A DNA stretch of 64,000 nt from Scyliorhinus canicula (taxonomy: Eukaryota), in contig NC_052162.1 of NCBI RefSeq assembly GCF_902713615.1, forward strand, positions 63,293,913 through 63,357,912, in the 5' to 3' direction. Shown piece by piece: positions 62,101-64,000 of the stretch. Positions within the stretch are counted from its first letter, which is position 1; each line of letters begins with the position of its first letter. Below the pieces are notes generated by a model. That model ran no database searches. It had not been told where the DNA came from and saw only the letters and a list, made by a program, of their open reading frames with translations. Both the position numbers and the translations under genes were made by a program.

Positions 62101-63475
62101 CTGCTCATCATCCAGTATCTCTCCTGTGGATTGTGGATCTCATCTTTCCTTAGTCCCTATGAACCCAGTTTTTTTGTTCAATATGATGGCACATCCTTGG
62201 CCCCTACAAACCCCTTCTTTGTTCAACATGATGGCCAGTCCCCAAGACTTTGAATCAAACCCAGAGTGAAATACCTGACCCACCCATCCCTTTCTCAACC
62301 TAAACTGGTCCTTCAGGTGCACGGGGGGGGGGGGCGGTTGCCCCCTTACAAACTTATTGCCCATTAACAATCACAACAAAATCACCCCACCCAAGAGAAA
62401 CCCCCCCCCCCTTCAAACCCCCACACTACCCACATCGTCCAAACTCAGTTGTTCCAACTCCTCGGTCTCCCATTAACGTTCAGTTCTCCCCCAGTTTATG
62501 GTCACTAATAAAGTCATTGACCTCCTCTATAGAACTCCCGGCTTCAAAAGTCACCCAGTTTCACCTGGTACAGCAGCCCAAACTTGATCTGCTTTCAGTA
62601 ACAAACCATTTTGGGCCTGTTGAACCCAGCAGCCTTTTTGCCAGCTCCGCTCTAATGTCCTGATAGATTCAGACCCTGATCCCCTCCCATTCACAGTTCC
62701 ACTTATCCCTGGCCCATTGCAGGATCTTCCCTTCTCCACAAATTTGTGGAGACTCACAATCGCCACCTGTGGCAGCTCCCCCATTCTCTGCTTTTGCCTT
62801 GGGTACCTGTGCGCCCCATCCACCTCTGGGACCCTGTCCACCAGCATCTTTGAGATGTATCTCATGACACTTGTACCTTCCGGCAAGCCGACGATACTCA
62901 GATTCTGCCTTCTCGATCTATTCTCCTGCTCCTCTAGCTTTTCCCTTAGCGACTTGCAAAGGACCCCCAGGAGCCCCACCTCAGCCTCCAATGCCATCAC
63001 CCAATCACCGTGGTCGGACATCACCCTCTCCATCTCCCGGATCTGCGACCCCTGTGCGTCCAAGCACTTCTCAACTCTCCATTGAGCCTTTCAAGGGTGC
63101 AACCGCTCCTTCGATCGGTCTTCCTGCATCTCCCTTCATTGCTGGCGGAACTCCTTTCTGAAGAACGCCATCAACTGTTCCATCTGGGGTTTTCCATCAT
63201 GAGACAACCCTTCACCCTCCGCCATCTTTCCAATTGTTGCTGCACCACAGGTCTCTTCCAGTTCATTGGCCAGGTCTTTGACGTTCTTCTGCTGAGGTTG
63301 ATAACCAGCAGATATTCCACTCCCGGGGGTGGGCAGGGAGAAAGCTTCAGCTACTTTCCTGCCACCGCCCCCACCCCCACCCCCACCCCCACTTTCGGAT
63401 AAAAAGAGCTCAAACCAACGCCTTCGAGCCGGAGCTGCCCTGTGCTGCAAAACCAGCCATTCCATGACCACCACC
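59100..63475 (-). mobile_element. Old L1/Tx1-like LINE (ORF1 plus ORF2 5' part), interrupted by a younger L1
   Basis: ORF1 LEEQENRSRRQNLSIVGLPEG (L1 ORF1p-type); EN motifs GQVFHSGFDSKS and ISDHAPH. Confidence 0.85.
59805..61885 (-). mobile_element. Young 5'-truncated L1/Tx1-like LINE nested in the older L1
   Basis: RT (SFYADDLLLY) through to the CKRC...HMFWSC knuckle. 15-bp TSD ATTCCCATCCTTTCT (59790-59804, 61886-61900). Confidence 0.92.
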
Positions 63476-64000
63476 AGAGGTCAAAATGTATTTTTCAGCA
63501 ATACTCAATCCCGTAATATCAGATGACTATGAAGTTCTAAAAGTAAAGAAGCAGGAACGTTCAGGGCAAGGAGCCTCGTCGCCTTTCCAAACAAGGACGT
63601 TTGGATTCCCAAACACATTAAATATTTGGAGGGGAAAGCTATGGAAAAAAAAAGTGATTGCATTTGAAACACTGTACCAAAGAGCCTACGATCTGATAGT
63701 CTGTACTATACCATTATTTAATCCTGCGGGTTTAGAGGGCCAATTAGCCTGTTCCTGTCCTTTGTTCTATCCCTCCCCACAGGAGGGCAGTGTGACTGTG
63801 TTTAACTGATACTGACTTTGTTTAGGTCACTCCCATTACCACCACAAGTATTCACTCCACTACTGCCACCTCTTATAGCTCATGTTTCATCTATGAAAGG
63901 CAGCTGAATTAAGTACTTCTGCCACCCAGTAGTAACCATATCAGAATATCCTAACATACCCCTACGAGACTGCTGCAGTAGCTTCACAGCTTGGTTACTG

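Overview
Vertebrate genomic DNA, almost certainly from a cartilaginous fish (shark/catshark-like), judged from HE1/V-SINEs, L1/Tx1-like, CR1, Rex1 and Vingi-like LINEs, Penelope-derived palindromes and Harbinger relics. Most of the window is transposable-element sequence, so most ORFs in the supplied track are TE remnants or noise. By manual exon reconstruction I find: (1) a complete 8-exon BRCC3 (BRCC36) gene on the minus strand (51965->29833, 261 aa) with a U12-type AT-AC intron; (2) CMC4 head-to-head on the plus strand (68 aa), with a shared CpG-rich promoter; (3) a monoamine-oxidase-like first coding exon (MVKISSGKQDVVIIGGGLS/G) downstream of BRCC3, present twice because of a ~3.76-kb tandem duplication. 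The most unusual object is a very young 4.2-kb LTR element at 2384-6572. It has apparently identical 266-bp LTRs, a 5-bp TSD, a tRNA-Leu PBS and a PPT. It carries a Gypsy-like gag start but no pol. In place of pol is a -1-frame, ~800-aa tandem-repeat, disordered ORF. A dense YY1/NRF1/ETS/CRE/KLF motif cluster lies inside its coding sequence, and each LTR has a CTCF-like site.
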